From Alphaproteobacteria bacterium (GTDB lineage Bacteria > Pseudomonadota > Alphaproteobacteria > MPNO01): a DNA stretch of 64,000 bases. A program made the translations under genes and the position numbers. The stretch is taken from contig CBDFLJ010000001.1 in assembly GCA_965248835.1 (NCBI GenBank), positions 576,001 to 640,000 of the forward strand, given 5' to 3'. A model generated the notes under the pieces. That model had not been told where the DNA came from and did no database searches. It was given only the letters and a program-made list of their open reading frames with translations. Every line of letters starts with the position of its first letter. Position 1 is the first letter of the stretch. Positions 19,175-28,263 of this stretch are shown piece after piece.

Positions 19175-20019
19175 AGGCGCCCGCGCTCGACTACACCAGG
19201 CCCGAAACGTTGGCAGCCGCGATCGCGGCGATGGCCGGTGCGGGCGACAGCGCCAAGCTGTTGGGCGGCGGCCAGTCACTGGGGCCGATGCTGAACCTGC
19301 GCCTGCTGCGTCCGGCGCTTCTGGTCGACATCTCGCGGCTCGCGGAGCTGTCGACGGTCGAGCAGACCGCCGAGGGCTTGCGTATCGGCGCCGCGGTCAC
19401 CCATTCGGCGATCGAGGACGGCGCGGTGCCGGATGCCACCAACGGGCTGATGGACTTCGTCGCCGGCCAGATCGCCTATCGCGCGGTGCGCAATTGCGGG
19501 ACCATCGGCGGCAGCCTGGCGCATGCCGATCCGGCCGGCGACTGGGCGCCGGTGATGATGGCGCTGGGCGCCTCGGTCGGGATCGAAGGCCCGGCCGGCC
19601 GGCGCGAGGTTGCGGTAAACGATCTGATCACCGATGTGATGACGGCCGCGCTTGCGCCCGAGGAGGTGCTGGTCGATATCCGCGTCCCGCATCTGTCGCC
19701 CGGCGCGCGCTGGGGCCATTACAAGCTGACGCGAAAGCCCGGCAAGTTCGCCGATGCGATTGCGGTGGTGGTCGCCGATGACGCGCGCGGCCATCACCGG
19801 GTCACCGTCGCCCGCCCGTCCGCGCCGCCCCGGCTGATGGCGCGGGCCGGCGCGGCGGTTGCAGCCGCCGCCGGCTGGTCGCAAGCGCTGGACCGTGGCA
19901 TCCGCGAGGCCGTGGCGGCCGACCTTGCAGCCGAGCCCAACCCCGACCCGGACCCGGTGCAGCAGCGATATCATATGGTGACCGTGGCCCGCGCCGCGCA
20001 CCGGGCGCTGACGTCATGA
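19171..20019 (+). CDS. Molybdenum hydroxylase FAD-binding medium subunit (CoxM-like)
   Basis: MKAPALDY, GGGQSLGPMLNLR, RNCGTIGGSLAHADP; ATGA overlap with the large subunit. Confidence 0.9.
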   Translation: MKAPALDYTRPETLAAAIAAMAGAGDSAKLLGGGQSLGPMLNLRLLRPALLVDISRLAELSTVEQTAEGLRIGAAVTHSAIEDGAVPDATNGLMDFVAGQIAYRAVRNCGTIGGSLAHADPAGDWAPVMMALGASVGIEGPAGRREVAVNDLITDVMTAALAPEEVLVDIRVPHLSPGARWGHYKLTRKPGKFADAIAVVVADDARGHHRVTVARPSAPPRLMARAGAAVAAAAGWSQALDRGIREAVAADLAAEPNPDPDPVQQRYHMVTVARAAHRALTS

Positions 20020-20483
20020 GCGCGGTCCGGATGACGCTGAACGGCCGCGCGGTGGAGGCCGACATCCCGGCGCGGCGATCACTGGCCGATTACGTGCGCG
20101 ACCACGAGGGGCTGACCGGCACCCACCTGACCTGCGAGCTGGGGGTGTGCGGGGCGTGCACGGTGATGGTCGACGGTGCGCCGCGGCGTTCGTGCATCAC
20201 GCTTGCGGTGGCCTGCGACGGCCGCGAAATCCGCACCGTGGAAGGCTTCGAGGACGATCCGGTCATGGCGGTCATCCGGCGCTGCTTCTCGGCGGCCCAC
20301 GCGCTGCAGTGCGGCTATTGCACGCCCGGCATGCTGATCACCGCGCACGACATCGCAACACGGCTGCCGGACGCGGACCGCGATCGCATCCGGCTCGAGC
20401 TCAGCGGCAATCTATGCCGCTGCACCGGCTATATCGGCATCATAAACGCCATCGAAATGGCCTTGGCGGAGCTGCGCAAATGA
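20016..20483 (+). CDS. Molybdenum hydroxylase 2Fe-2S small subunit (CoxS-like)
   Basis: CELGVCGAC, QCGYCTPG, NLCRCTGY. Confidence 0.92.
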   Translation: MSAVRMTLNGRAVEADIPARRSLADYVRDHEGLTGTHLTCELGVCGACTVMVDGAPRRSCITLAVACDGREIRTVEGFEDDPVMAVIRRCFSAAHALQCGYCTPGMLITAHDIATRLPDADRDRIRLELSGNLCRCTGYIGIINAIEMALAELRK

Positions 20484-21430
20484 CCATCCCCCGGCCCAGG
20501 CGGCTGACCCATGCCAACCTGTTCGTCGCCGACATGGAACGCTCGATGGATTTCTATCAATCGGTGATCGGGCTCGGCGAGTCCTATCGCCGGGTCAACA
20601 TCGGCGCGGGTTTCCTCACCAACGGCAACTCTCATCACGATATCGCGGTGATGGAGTTCGGCCGGGTCTATGCGGGAAAGCGCGATCCGGGCCGCACGAT
20701 CGGGCTCAACCATCTCGCCTTCGAGATGGAGAACGGCCTCGAGCTTGACCGTTGGTACCGCTCGGCGGCCGCCGCCGGTGCCGATATCCACCGCACCGTC
20801 GATCACGGCAACACTCATTCCTGCTACATGCTCGACCCCGACGGCAACCAGATCGAGGTCTATTGCGACACGATCAAGGAATGGTGGCACCTCAAGACCG
20901 GGGTGATGACGACGCCGTTGGACGATTGGGTGCCGGGCGAGGGCGAACCGTCGACGGAGCCGAAATATCTCCGGGACCCGGACATCGGCCGCCGCGAGGA
21001 CGCCCCGCTGCACCCCGTCAAGACGACCCATGCGGTTCTGGTGGCCGGCGATTTCGAGGCGTGCCTGGATTTCTATACCGGGATCGTCGGGCTTGCGCCG
21101 CTCAACGGCGGACGCGGCGAGCGGTGCTGCGTCCTGGCCGGCGGGTTGGGCACGCCGTGTCTCGCGCTGTTCCGCGCCGCGCAAGGCCTCGATCCCGGCT
21201 TCCACCACGTCGCGCTTTCGGCCTGGAGCGTCGAGGAGCTGATCGACTCGCGCGCCCGGCTCGCCGAGGCGGGCATCGCGATCGAGGCCGAGACCGACCA
21301 TCCGAGCCGTTACGCGCTCTGTGTGCGGGACCCGGACGGCTTTCGGGTTCAGGTCTATGCCGACCGGCCCGGCGGTTCCGCCGTCGACTGGACCGCCGAG
21401 GACGCAGCGCGGTCGGTCTATCTGGCATAG
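20480..21430 (+). CDS. Two-domain VOC family protein (glyoxalase/extradiol-dioxygenase-like)
   Basis: HANL, HHDIAV, LNHLAF, DPDGNQIEVY; second domain HAVL, HHVAL, DPDGFRVQVY. Confidence 0.85.
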   Translation: MTIPRPRRLTHANLFVADMERSMDFYQSVIGLGESYRRVNIGAGFLTNGNSHHDIAVMEFGRVYAGKRDPGRTIGLNHLAFEMENGLELDRWYRSAAAAGADIHRTVDHGNTHSCYMLDPDGNQIEVYCDTIKEWWHLKTGVMTTPLDDWVPGEGEPSTEPKYLRDPDIGRREDAPLHPVKTTHAVLVAGDFEACLDFYTGIVGLAPLNGGRGERCCVLAGGLGTPCLALFRAAQGLDPGFHHVALSAWSVEELIDSRARLAEAGIAIEAETDHPSRYALCVRDPDGFRVQVYADRPGGSAVDWTAEDAARSVYLA

Positions 21431-21442
21431 GACGAGGGCAGG

Positions 21443-22894
21443 ATGACCGATATCGCCTTTTTGCCGGCCAAGTCGCTGGCACGCATGATCCGGCGACGCA
21501 AGATCGGCTGCGTGGAGCTGCTGGACCACTATCTGGAACGGGTCGATCGGTACAACCCGGCGCTGAACGCGATCGTGGTCTTCGACATCGACAGGGCGCG
21601 CCGCCGTGCGCGCGACGCCGACCGCGCACTCGCCAAGGACGAGGTCTGGGGACCGTTGCACGGCGTGCCGATGACGGTGAAGGATTCCTTCGATGTGACC
21701 GGGTTGCCGACGACCTGGGGCGTGCCTGCCCACAAGGACAATATCGCGACCTCGAACGCGGTCTCGGTCGAGCGCTGGCTGGGCGCGGGGGCGGTGATCT
21801 TCGGCAAGACCAACATCCCGATCTGGCTCGCCGATGCGCAGAGCTTCAACGACTTCTACGGCCGCACCAACAGCCCATGGAACCTGGATTTGACGCCCGG
21901 CGGCTCCTCGGGCGGCGCGGCCGCCGCGCTTGCCGCGGGCATGACCGCAATCGAGATGGGCAGCGATATCGCGTCCTCGGTTCGAACACCTTCGGCGCTG
22001 TGCGGCCTGTTCGGCCACAAGCCGACCTTCGGGATCTGCCCCACCCGCGGCCATACGCTGAACGAGAACCTGCGGGCGCTCGACATCCTGGCGATCGGGC
22101 CGATGGGGCGTTCGGCGGACGACGTCGCGCTGGGCTTGTCGATCATTGCCGGCCCCGACGAGATCGAAGCCCCGGGCACGCGGCTTGCCCTGCCGGCGCC
22201 GCGTGAGAAGCGGCTCGGCGACTACAAGGTCGGGATCATCATCGATCACCCGACATCGAAGGTCGAAAATGCCGTGGCCGCGCTGCTGCAAAAGCTCGCC
22301 GATTTCCTGGCGCGGCAGAAGACCAGGATCAGCGACACCGCGCGGCCCGATTTCGACATCGAGGACGCCCACCGGACCTTCGATATCCTGCTGCGCTCGG
22401 CGACCTCGGGCCGGCTGAGCGATGACGAACAGGCGGATTTGCGCGGCCGACTCGCCGCCTTGCCGGCCGACGCCGACACCAAGCAGGCGCGCATGATGCG
22501 CGGCTGCACGCTGTCCCATCGCGACTGGATCCATCTCGACGAGAAGCGCCAACGGATGCGCTGGAAGTGGCACGCCTTCTTCAAGGACTACGACCTGATG
22601 CTGGCACCGGTGCTGTGCACCGCGGCCTTCCCGCACGTGACTACGCCGCCCTACGACCGCTCGATCACGATCGACGGCGAGGAGCGGGTCTTCATGGAGC
22701 AGATCTTCTGGTCGGGGTATTCCGGGATGTCCTACCTGCCGGCAAGTGCGGCGCCGATCGGGGTTACCGATGACGGACGGCCGGTCGGCGTGCAGATCAT
22801 CGGACCGCAAAACGGCGACCGGACGTGCCTGCATTTCGCGCGTCTGTTGGAGAAGGCGTATCAGGGCTTCGTCGTCCCGCCCGGATACGAATGA
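21443..22894 (+). CDS. Amidase signature family protein
   Basis: GPLHGVPMTVKD, PGGSSGG, GSDIASSVR. Confidence 0.92.
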   Translation: MTDIAFLPAKSLARMIRRRKIGCVELLDHYLERVDRYNPALNAIVVFDIDRARRRARDADRALAKDEVWGPLHGVPMTVKDSFDVTGLPTTWGVPAHKDNIATSNAVSVERWLGAGAVIFGKTNIPIWLADAQSFNDFYGRTNSPWNLDLTPGGSSGGAAAALAAGMTAIEMGSDIASSVRTPSALCGLFGHKPTFGICPTRGHTLNENLRALDILAIGPMGRSADDVALGLSIIAGPDEIEAPGTRLALPAPREKRLGDYKVGIIIDHPTSKVENAVAALLQKLADFLARQKTRISDTARPDFDIEDAHRTFDILLRSATSGRLSDDEQADLRGRLAALPADADTKQARMMRGCTLSHRDWIHLDEKRQRMRWKWHAFFKDYDLMLAPVLCTAAFPHVTTPPYDRSITIDGEERVFMEQIFWSGYSGMSYLPASAAPIGVTDDGRPVGVQIIGPQNGDRTCLHFARLLEKAYQGFVVPPGYE

Positions 22895-22909
22895 TCCGCC
22901 GCGGATGCT

Positions 22910-22938
22910 TTGACGGGCCGGCGCGCAGGCAATATCCT
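22910..22938 (+). promoter_or_regulatory. Putative sigma70 promoter of the GST gene
   Basis: TTGACG (22910-22915), 17-nt spacer, TATCCT (22933-22938). Confidence 0.65.
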
Positions 22939-22979
22939 TGTCGGACCGCCTACCGACACCGCTACTATCGAGGAAACAG

Positions 22980-23678
22980 ATGACCAAGAAGCACCACCTG
23001 ATCAGCTCGTTCACCTGACCCTGGGTCCAGCGCGCCGTGATCCTTTTGCGCGCAAAAGATGTCGATTTCGAGGTCACTTACATCAACCTGAGAGACAAGC
23101 CGGACTGGTTTCTCGAGATCTCGCCGCACGGCAAGGTCCCGGTCCTGGTCGTCGACGACCAGCCGCTGTTCGAATCCAACGCGATCGCCGAATATCTCGA
23201 CGAGATGGTCGCGCCCAGGCTCCACCCCGAGGACCCGATCAAGCGGGCGCGGAACCGGGCCTGGACCGACTTCGTACCGGATTTCTCCCGCGCGTTGATG
23301 GGCATCTACTACACCAAGACCAGGGAGGCGATGGAAGAAGGCCTGGCCGCCGCGCCCACGCGGGTCGCCAGGCTGGAAGAGGCCATCGCCAAGGAACGCG
23401 GCAATGACGGCCCCTATTTCAACGGCGCCCAACCGTGCCTCGTCGATGCCGCCTATGCGCCGTTCTTCCAGCGCTTCGACCTCGTCGAGCGCTATTTGAA
23501 GACCGGCCTCCTGGACGGGTTTCCGCTGGTCAAGGCATGGTCGGATACCTTGCTCGGGACCGAGCTGGTAACCGGTTCGGTGGTTTCGCATTTCGAGGAC
23601 GAGTTCATCGGCAACTTGCGGCGCAACGAACACTATGTCGCAACGCTGATCGATGCGGAGACGGTCGCGGCGGAATAG
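22980..23678 (+). CDS. Glutathione S-transferase (omega/Cys-GST-like), probable selenoprotein with Sec13 encoded by TGA 23016-23018
   Basis: GAGGA RBS, then ATG 22980: MTKKHHLISSFT*PWVQRAVILL..., in frame with ORF 23037..23678 (KPDWFLEISPHGKVPVL, LFESNAIAEYLDE). The TGA sits where Cys-GSTs have the C of CP(W/Y/F)VQR. Confidence 0.85.
23040..23060 (+). promoter_or_regulatory. Candidate bacterial SECIS hairpin within the GST coding sequence
   Basis: ATC-CTTTTG-CGCG-CAAAAG-AT; loop about 30 nt after the UGA with G at loop position 2; built from AT-rich codons (CTT TTG .. GCA AAA) unusual for this DNA. Confidence 0.55.
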
Positions 23679-23711
23679 CCGGCGGCCTTCCGCAAACGAT
23701 CGAACGAGACG

Positions 23712-23744
23712 CGGCGGCCCGTTCCTTCCCGGAACGGGCCGCCG
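23712..23744 (+). terminator. 14-bp perfect hairpin downstream of the GST (possible terminator)
   Basis: CGGCGGCCCGTTCC-TTCCC-GGAACGGGCCGCCG followed by TTCCAATT; weak U-tract. Confidence 0.5.
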
Positions 23745-23766
23745 TTCCAATTCGGATACCGCGATC

Positions 23767-24963
23767 ATGAGCACATCGCAGTCCGCCGCGAATGAGCTCC
23801 TCGAGCGCGCCCAGGCGCTGGCCCCGATGTTGCGCGCGCGCCAGGACGAGATCGAGCGGCTCCGCCGGATCCCGACCGACATCATCGAGCGCCTCAAAGA
23901 GGACGGGCTCTACCGCGCGATGATGCCGCGCAGCCGCGGCGGCTACGAGATCGGGTTGGACGACTTCGTGCGAATCGGCGTGGAAATCGGCACCGGCTGC
24001 GCCTCGACCGGCTGGGTCTTTTGCACCGGCGCACAGCATCTGTGGCAGATCGGCATGTTCGACGCCGCCGCGCAGGACGAGGTCTGGGGGCGGGCGCGCT
24101 TGCCGCTGGCCGGGTCGTCCTACGCGCCCAGCGGCACCGCGGTCGCGGTCGAGGGCGGCTACCGCCTGAGCGGGCGCTGGATGTTCTGCAGCGGCATCGA
24201 CGCTTGCGACTGGATGATCCTTGGCGTACGGATCCTGCCCGCACCCGATGCCGAGCCGGTCGATCAGGGTTTCGCGCTGGTGCCGGCCGCGGACTACGCG
24301 ATCGAGGACAACTGGCATGTCGTCGGGCTCGAAGGCACCGGCAGCAAGAACGCGGTGCTCGATGAGGTCTTCGTGCCCCGCCACCGGGTCATGGGCCTGG
24401 AGGAGGCGACGATGGGCCGCCCGCCCGGCACGGCGGTCAACGACGGCGCGCTGTTCCGGATCCCGTTCTTTGCCGCGATCTCGATCGGGCTATGTGCGCC
24501 GGCGCTGGGCGCGGCGATGGGCGCGCTGGCCGACTACCGCGAGTCGATCGGCGTGCGCGTGACCCGCGGCCCGGCGACCAGCGCAGGCCGGGCGATGGCC
24601 GAGTTCCAGGCAATCCAGCTGCGCGTGGGCGAGGCGGCCGCACGCCTGGATTCGGCCCTGCTGCTGGTGCTGCGCGACTGCCGCGAGATCATGCAGACGA
24701 TCGGCGCGGGCGGCGCGCTCAGCCAGGCCAGCCGCGCGCGCAACAAGGGCGATCTGAGCTATGCGGTCAGATCGGCCGCGGGCGCGGTCGACTTGCTGTT
24801 CGAATCCGTCGGCGGCCAGGGGCTGTTCGACGACAACCGCATCCAGCGGGCGTGGCGCGACGTCCACGCCGCGGCCAAGCACATAAGCCTCGCCTGGGAT
24901 TCGACCGGGGCGATCTACGGCCGGACGCTTCTCGGCCTGTCGGCGGGCACGATCCAGATCTGA
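23767..24963 (+). CDS. Acyl-CoA-dehydrogenase-fold flavin-dependent monooxygenase (HsaA/C2-HpaH-like)
   Basis: CASTGWV, GRWMFCSGID, WHVVGLEGTGS, IQRAWRDVHAAAKH. Confidence 0.85.
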   Translation: MSTSQSAANELLERAQALAPMLRARQDEIERLRRIPTDIIERLKEDGLYRAMMPRSRGGYEIGLDDFVRIGVEIGTGCASTGWVFCTGAQHLWQIGMFDAAAQDEVWGRARLPLAGSSYAPSGTAVAVEGGYRLSGRWMFCSGIDACDWMILGVRILPAPDAEPVDQGFALVPAADYAIEDNWHVVGLEGTGSKNAVLDEVFVPRHRVMGLEEATMGRPPGTAVNDGALFRIPFFAAISIGLCAPALGAAMGALADYRESIGVRVTRGPATSAGRAMAEFQAIQLRVGEAAARLDSALLLVLRDCREIMQTIGAGGALSQASRARNKGDLSYAVRSAAGAVDLLFESVGGQGLFDDNRIQRAWRDVHAAAKHISLAWDSTGAIYGRTLLGLSAGTIQI

Positions 24964-24965
24964 GG

Positions 24966-26156
24966 TCAAACGACGCGGTCTGCCCGCAAGGCGCCGATCT
25001 CCGCCCCGCTGAACCCGAACTCGGCAAGAACGGCGTCGGTATCGGCGCCGTACTCGGGTGCCGGAGCCGGCCGATCGATGCTGGGCGTCCGGCTCAGCCG
25101 GACGGCCTGCCCGACGATTTCGATCCCGCCCAGCACGGGCGAGTCGACCGGCCGAGCAATGCCACTGTGCCGCACCTGGGGGTCGGCGAAAGTCTCATCG
25201 AGGGTGTAGATCGGCCCGGCCGGGATGCCCTGGGTATTGAGGTCGGCGATCCAGTCCGCGCCGGGGCGGGCGAGCGTGACCGCCTCGATCGCGGCGTTGA
25301 CCGCCTCGCGGTTGCGGTAGCGCGCCTCGAACGTGGCGAACTTCGGATCGTCGATCATCGCATCCAGCCCGAGCGCCCGGCAGAACCGCGCCCACATCGC
25401 CGGCATCGGCGCGATGTTGATATGGCCGTCGGCGGTCCGGAAGGCGCCGGTCGGCACGATGTTCGGGTGGTCGTTGCCGGCCTGGGGCGGCACTTCATGC
25501 GCGACCAGCCAGCGGGCGGCCTGGAAGTCCATCAGGAAGATCTGCGCCTCCAGCAGCGAGGTCTGGACCCACTGACCCCGTCCGGACGCCGTGCGCTCGA
25601 GCAACGCCAGCAGGATCCCGTTGGCAGCAAGCAGCCCTGCCGAGACGTCGGCGATCGCCGCGCCCGAGCGCATCGGCCCCTCGCCTGCCCGGCCGGTCGA
25701 GGCCATGTGCCCGCCCATTCCTTGCGCGATCTGGTCCAGGCACGGCCGGTCGCGGTAGGGGCCGTCCTGACCGAAGCCGGAAATACTGGCATAGACGATG
25801 CGCGCATTGCGCGCAGCCACGGTCTCGTAGTCGATCCCCAGCCGGTGCTTGACCGCCGGGCGGTAGTTCTCGATGACCACATCGGCCTCGGCGGCCATGC
25901 GGAGGAACGCGTCCCGCCCCGCCGGCGCTTTCAGGTCAAGTGTCATCGACCGCTTGTTGCGGTGGAGGTTCTGGAAGTCCGCGGCGTGGCGCCGGCCGAC
26001 ATCGCCGCCGTCCTGGCCGGGTGCTTCGATCTTGATCACATCGGCACCCCAATCGGCCATCTGGCGCGCCGCCGTCGGCCCGGCCCGCGCGCGGGTAAGA
26101 TCGAGCACCACCGTGCCCGCCAGGACCGAAACCCCGCCGCCGCCACGTTCCGCCAT
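24966..26156 (-). CDS. CoA transferase family III (CaiB/BaiF)
   Basis: RAGP, GADVIKIE, RNKRSMTLDLK, ENYRP, ISGFGQDGPY, IADVSAG. Confidence 0.92.
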   Translation of the reverse strand: MAERGGGGVSVLAGTVVLDLTRARAGPTAARQMADWGADVIKIEAPGQDGGDVGRRHAADFQNLHRNKRSMTLDLKAPAGRDAFLRMAAEADVVIENYRPAVKHRLGIDYETVAARNARIVYASISGFGQDGPYRDRPCLDQIAQGMGGHMASTGRAGEGPMRSGAAIADVSAGLLAANGILLALLERTASGRGQWVQTSLLEAQIFLMDFQAARWLVAHEVPPQAGNDHPNIVPTGAFRTADGHINIAPMPAMWARFCRALGLDAMIDDPKFATFEARYRNREAVNAAIEAVTLARPGADWIADLNTQGIPAGPIYTLDETFADPQVRHSGIARPVDSPVLGGIEIVGQAVRLSRTPSIDRPAPAPEYGADTDAVLAEFGFSGAEIGALRADRVV

Positions 26157-26247
26157 CGCCTGAGCCCTCCTTGCCGACCCGGCGATGATAGCGCAGACTT
26201 TCGCCGCTTGGCCTCACCAGGTCTCCGGAAAGGCGTCAGGGGGGAAG

Positions 26248-27492
26248 ATGGACCTGATCATTCGCAACGCGCGGCGGCTCGACCAGGACGGGCAGTGGGA
26301 TATCGGGATCGAGGGCGACCGGATCGCCGAGATTTCCCGGCGGATCGAGACCGCCGCGGCCGAAGAGATCGACGCCGCCGGCCGGCTTGCCGCACCGACC
26401 TATGTCAACGGCCATGTGCACCTGGACAAGTGCAATCTGGGCGACATCATGCGCCCCAACGAGACCAACAGCTTCCAGGAATGCCTGGAGATCACCTGGG
26501 AGCACAAGCGCAGCTACACGGTCGAGGACATTCTCGAGCGCGCCGGCCGGGCCATCGAAGAGGGCATCCTCAACGGAACGACCATCTTCCGGGTCTTCGC
26601 CGATGTCGATTCCATCGGCGGCCTGCGCCCGCTCGAGGGGATCATCGCGCTGCGCGAAAAATGGGCCGGCATCGTCACGATCCAGGCGGTGGATTTCCCG
26701 CAGGAAGCGATCCTCCGCGATCCCGGCACCTACGAGCTCATGGAGGAAGGGCTCCGGATGGGCGCCGACGTGGTCGGCGGCCTGCCGTGGCACGAGCATC
26801 TGGACGAGGATGCCAGGAGCCATATCGACCTGTGCTTCGATCTCGCCGGGAAGTACGACAAAGACATCCACATGCTGGTCGACGACACCGACAATCCCAA
26901 CAGCCGGTCGCTCGAATACCTCGCCGTGAAGACCATCCGCGAGGGTTTCCAGGGCCGTGTCTCGGCGAGCCATTGCGGGGCGCTCGCCGCCTATGACGAG
27001 GTGCATGCCCACAAGGTGATGAACCTGGTCCGCGATGCGGGCGTTTCGATCTCGTCGAACCCGCAGATCAGCCTGGTGGCGCAGGGCCGCTACGATCAGG
27101 CCAACATGCGCCGCGGCATCACGCGGACCAAGGATTTGTGGCGCATCGGCGTCAACGTGTTCACCTCCCAGGACGACGTCAACGATCCCTATTATCCCTT
27201 CGGCCGCAACGATCAGCAGGAGGTGGCCGCCCATGTCTGCCACGCCTGCCACATGACCTATCCGGACGAGATCCGCGCGGTGTTCGATTTCATCACCGCC
27301 AATCCGGCCAAGGCGCTGCGGCTGGAGGATTACGGTTTGGAAACCGGCCGCAAAGCCGACCTCAACGTGCTCTGCGCACCCACCATCCAGCACGTCTTCC
27401 GGCTGCAGCAGCCGCCGGCCTGGGTGATCAAGGACGGCAAGGTCCTGGCCAGGACCGAGATGACGCGCGCTCTCGACCGTGCGCCGTCGTGA
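26248..27492 (+). CDS. Cytosine-deaminase-like metal-dependent amidohydrolase
   Basis: NGHVHLDK, FPQEA, VVGGLP, SASHC, SQDDVNDPYYPFG. Confidence 0.85.
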   Translation: MDLIIRNARRLDQDGQWDIGIEGDRIAEISRRIETAAAEEIDAAGRLAAPTYVNGHVHLDKCNLGDIMRPNETNSFQECLEITWEHKRSYTVEDILERAGRAIEEGILNGTTIFRVFADVDSIGGLRPLEGIIALREKWAGIVTIQAVDFPQEAILRDPGTYELMEEGLRMGADVVGGLPWHEHLDEDARSHIDLCFDLAGKYDKDIHMLVDDTDNPNSRSLEYLAVKTIREGFQGRVSASHCGALAAYDEVHAHKVMNLVRDAGVSISSNPQISLVAQGRYDQANMRRGITRTKDLWRIGVNVFTSQDDVNDPYYPFGRNDQQEVAAHVCHACHMTYPDEIRAVFDFITANPAKALRLEDYGLETGRKADLNVLCAPTIQHVFRLQQPPAWVIKDGKVLARTEMTRALDRAPS

Positions 27493-27504
27493 CGCGCCCG
27501 CGCC

Positions 27505-28263
27505 TCAGATCGCGGTGTAGGCCGCATCGACGAAGTGGTCGGCGCCCGAGGTGAACGAGGACTCGTCGCTGGCGAGGAACAAGGCGGTCCGCGCGACTTC
27601 CTCGGGCCGGCCCAGCCGGTTCTGCAGCAAGCGCTCGCCGTGGCGCGCGATCACGCCTTCGATCGAGGGATTGCGCACCAGGAGCCGCGGCGTCTCGATC
27701 GGACCGGGCAGGATCGCGTTGGCGCGGATGTTGTCGACGGCATAATCGACCGCGATCGACTTGGCCAGCATCCGCACACCGCCCTTGGAGGCGTTGTAGG
27801 CCGGCCGCTCGTAAGCGCCGATATGGCCGTAGATCGAAGACACCAGCACCAGCGAGCCGCCGCGGTTCCTTTGCATGTGCGGGATGGCGTGCTTGGCGAC
27901 GATGAACATGCCGGTCAGGTTGACGTCGATCACCGCCTTCCAGGTCTCGACCGGCATATCGGCCAGGCGGTGGCGGGGTTCGGAATAGGCCGCGGCGTTG
28001 AAGACGGTGTCGAGCTTGCCGTAAGTTGCGACCGTCTCGGCCAGTGCCGCGGCCACCGCATCGGAATCGGTGACGTCGCAGACCCGGGCGAAGGCGCGCC
28101 CGCCGGCCGCCTCGATATCGGCCGCGGTCTGTATCACCTTGTCCTCGACGATGTCGATGCAGCAGACCGCCGCCCCTTCGGCCCCATAAAGCCGCGCCGT
28201 GGCGCCGGCGATCGCCCCGCCCGCCGCCGTCACGAAGGCGACCTTGCCGTCGAGCCGTCCCAT
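27505..28263 (-). CDS. SDR family oxidoreductase
   Basis: MGRLDGKVAFVTAAGGAIA (variant Gly motif), YNASK, IRANAILPG; TGATG coupling to the upstream gene. Confidence 0.88.
   Translation of the reverse strand: MGRLDGKVAFVTAAGGAIAGATARLYGAEGAAVCCIDIVEDKVIQTAADIEAAGGRAFARVCDVTDSDAVAAALAETVATYGKLDTVFNAAAYSEPRHRLADMPVETWKAVIDVNLTGMFIVAKHAIPHMQRNRGGSLVLVSSIYGHIGAYERPAYNASKGGVRMLAKSIAVDYAVDNIRANAILPGPIETPRLLVRNPSIEGVIARHGERLLQNRLGRPEEVARTALFLASDESSFTSGADHFVDAAYTAI

Noticed and set aside
16841-20483. Aerobic CO dehydrogenase (coxLMS)
   Set aside because: The active-site loop is VYRGVAR rather than AYxCSFR, the order is L-M-S, and there are no coxDEFG accessory genes.
22980-23678. GST pseudogene with a nonsense mutation
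   Set aside because: Not excluded, but disfavoured: the only lesion is a TGA exactly at the catalytic Cys, expression signals are intact and a hairpin follows.
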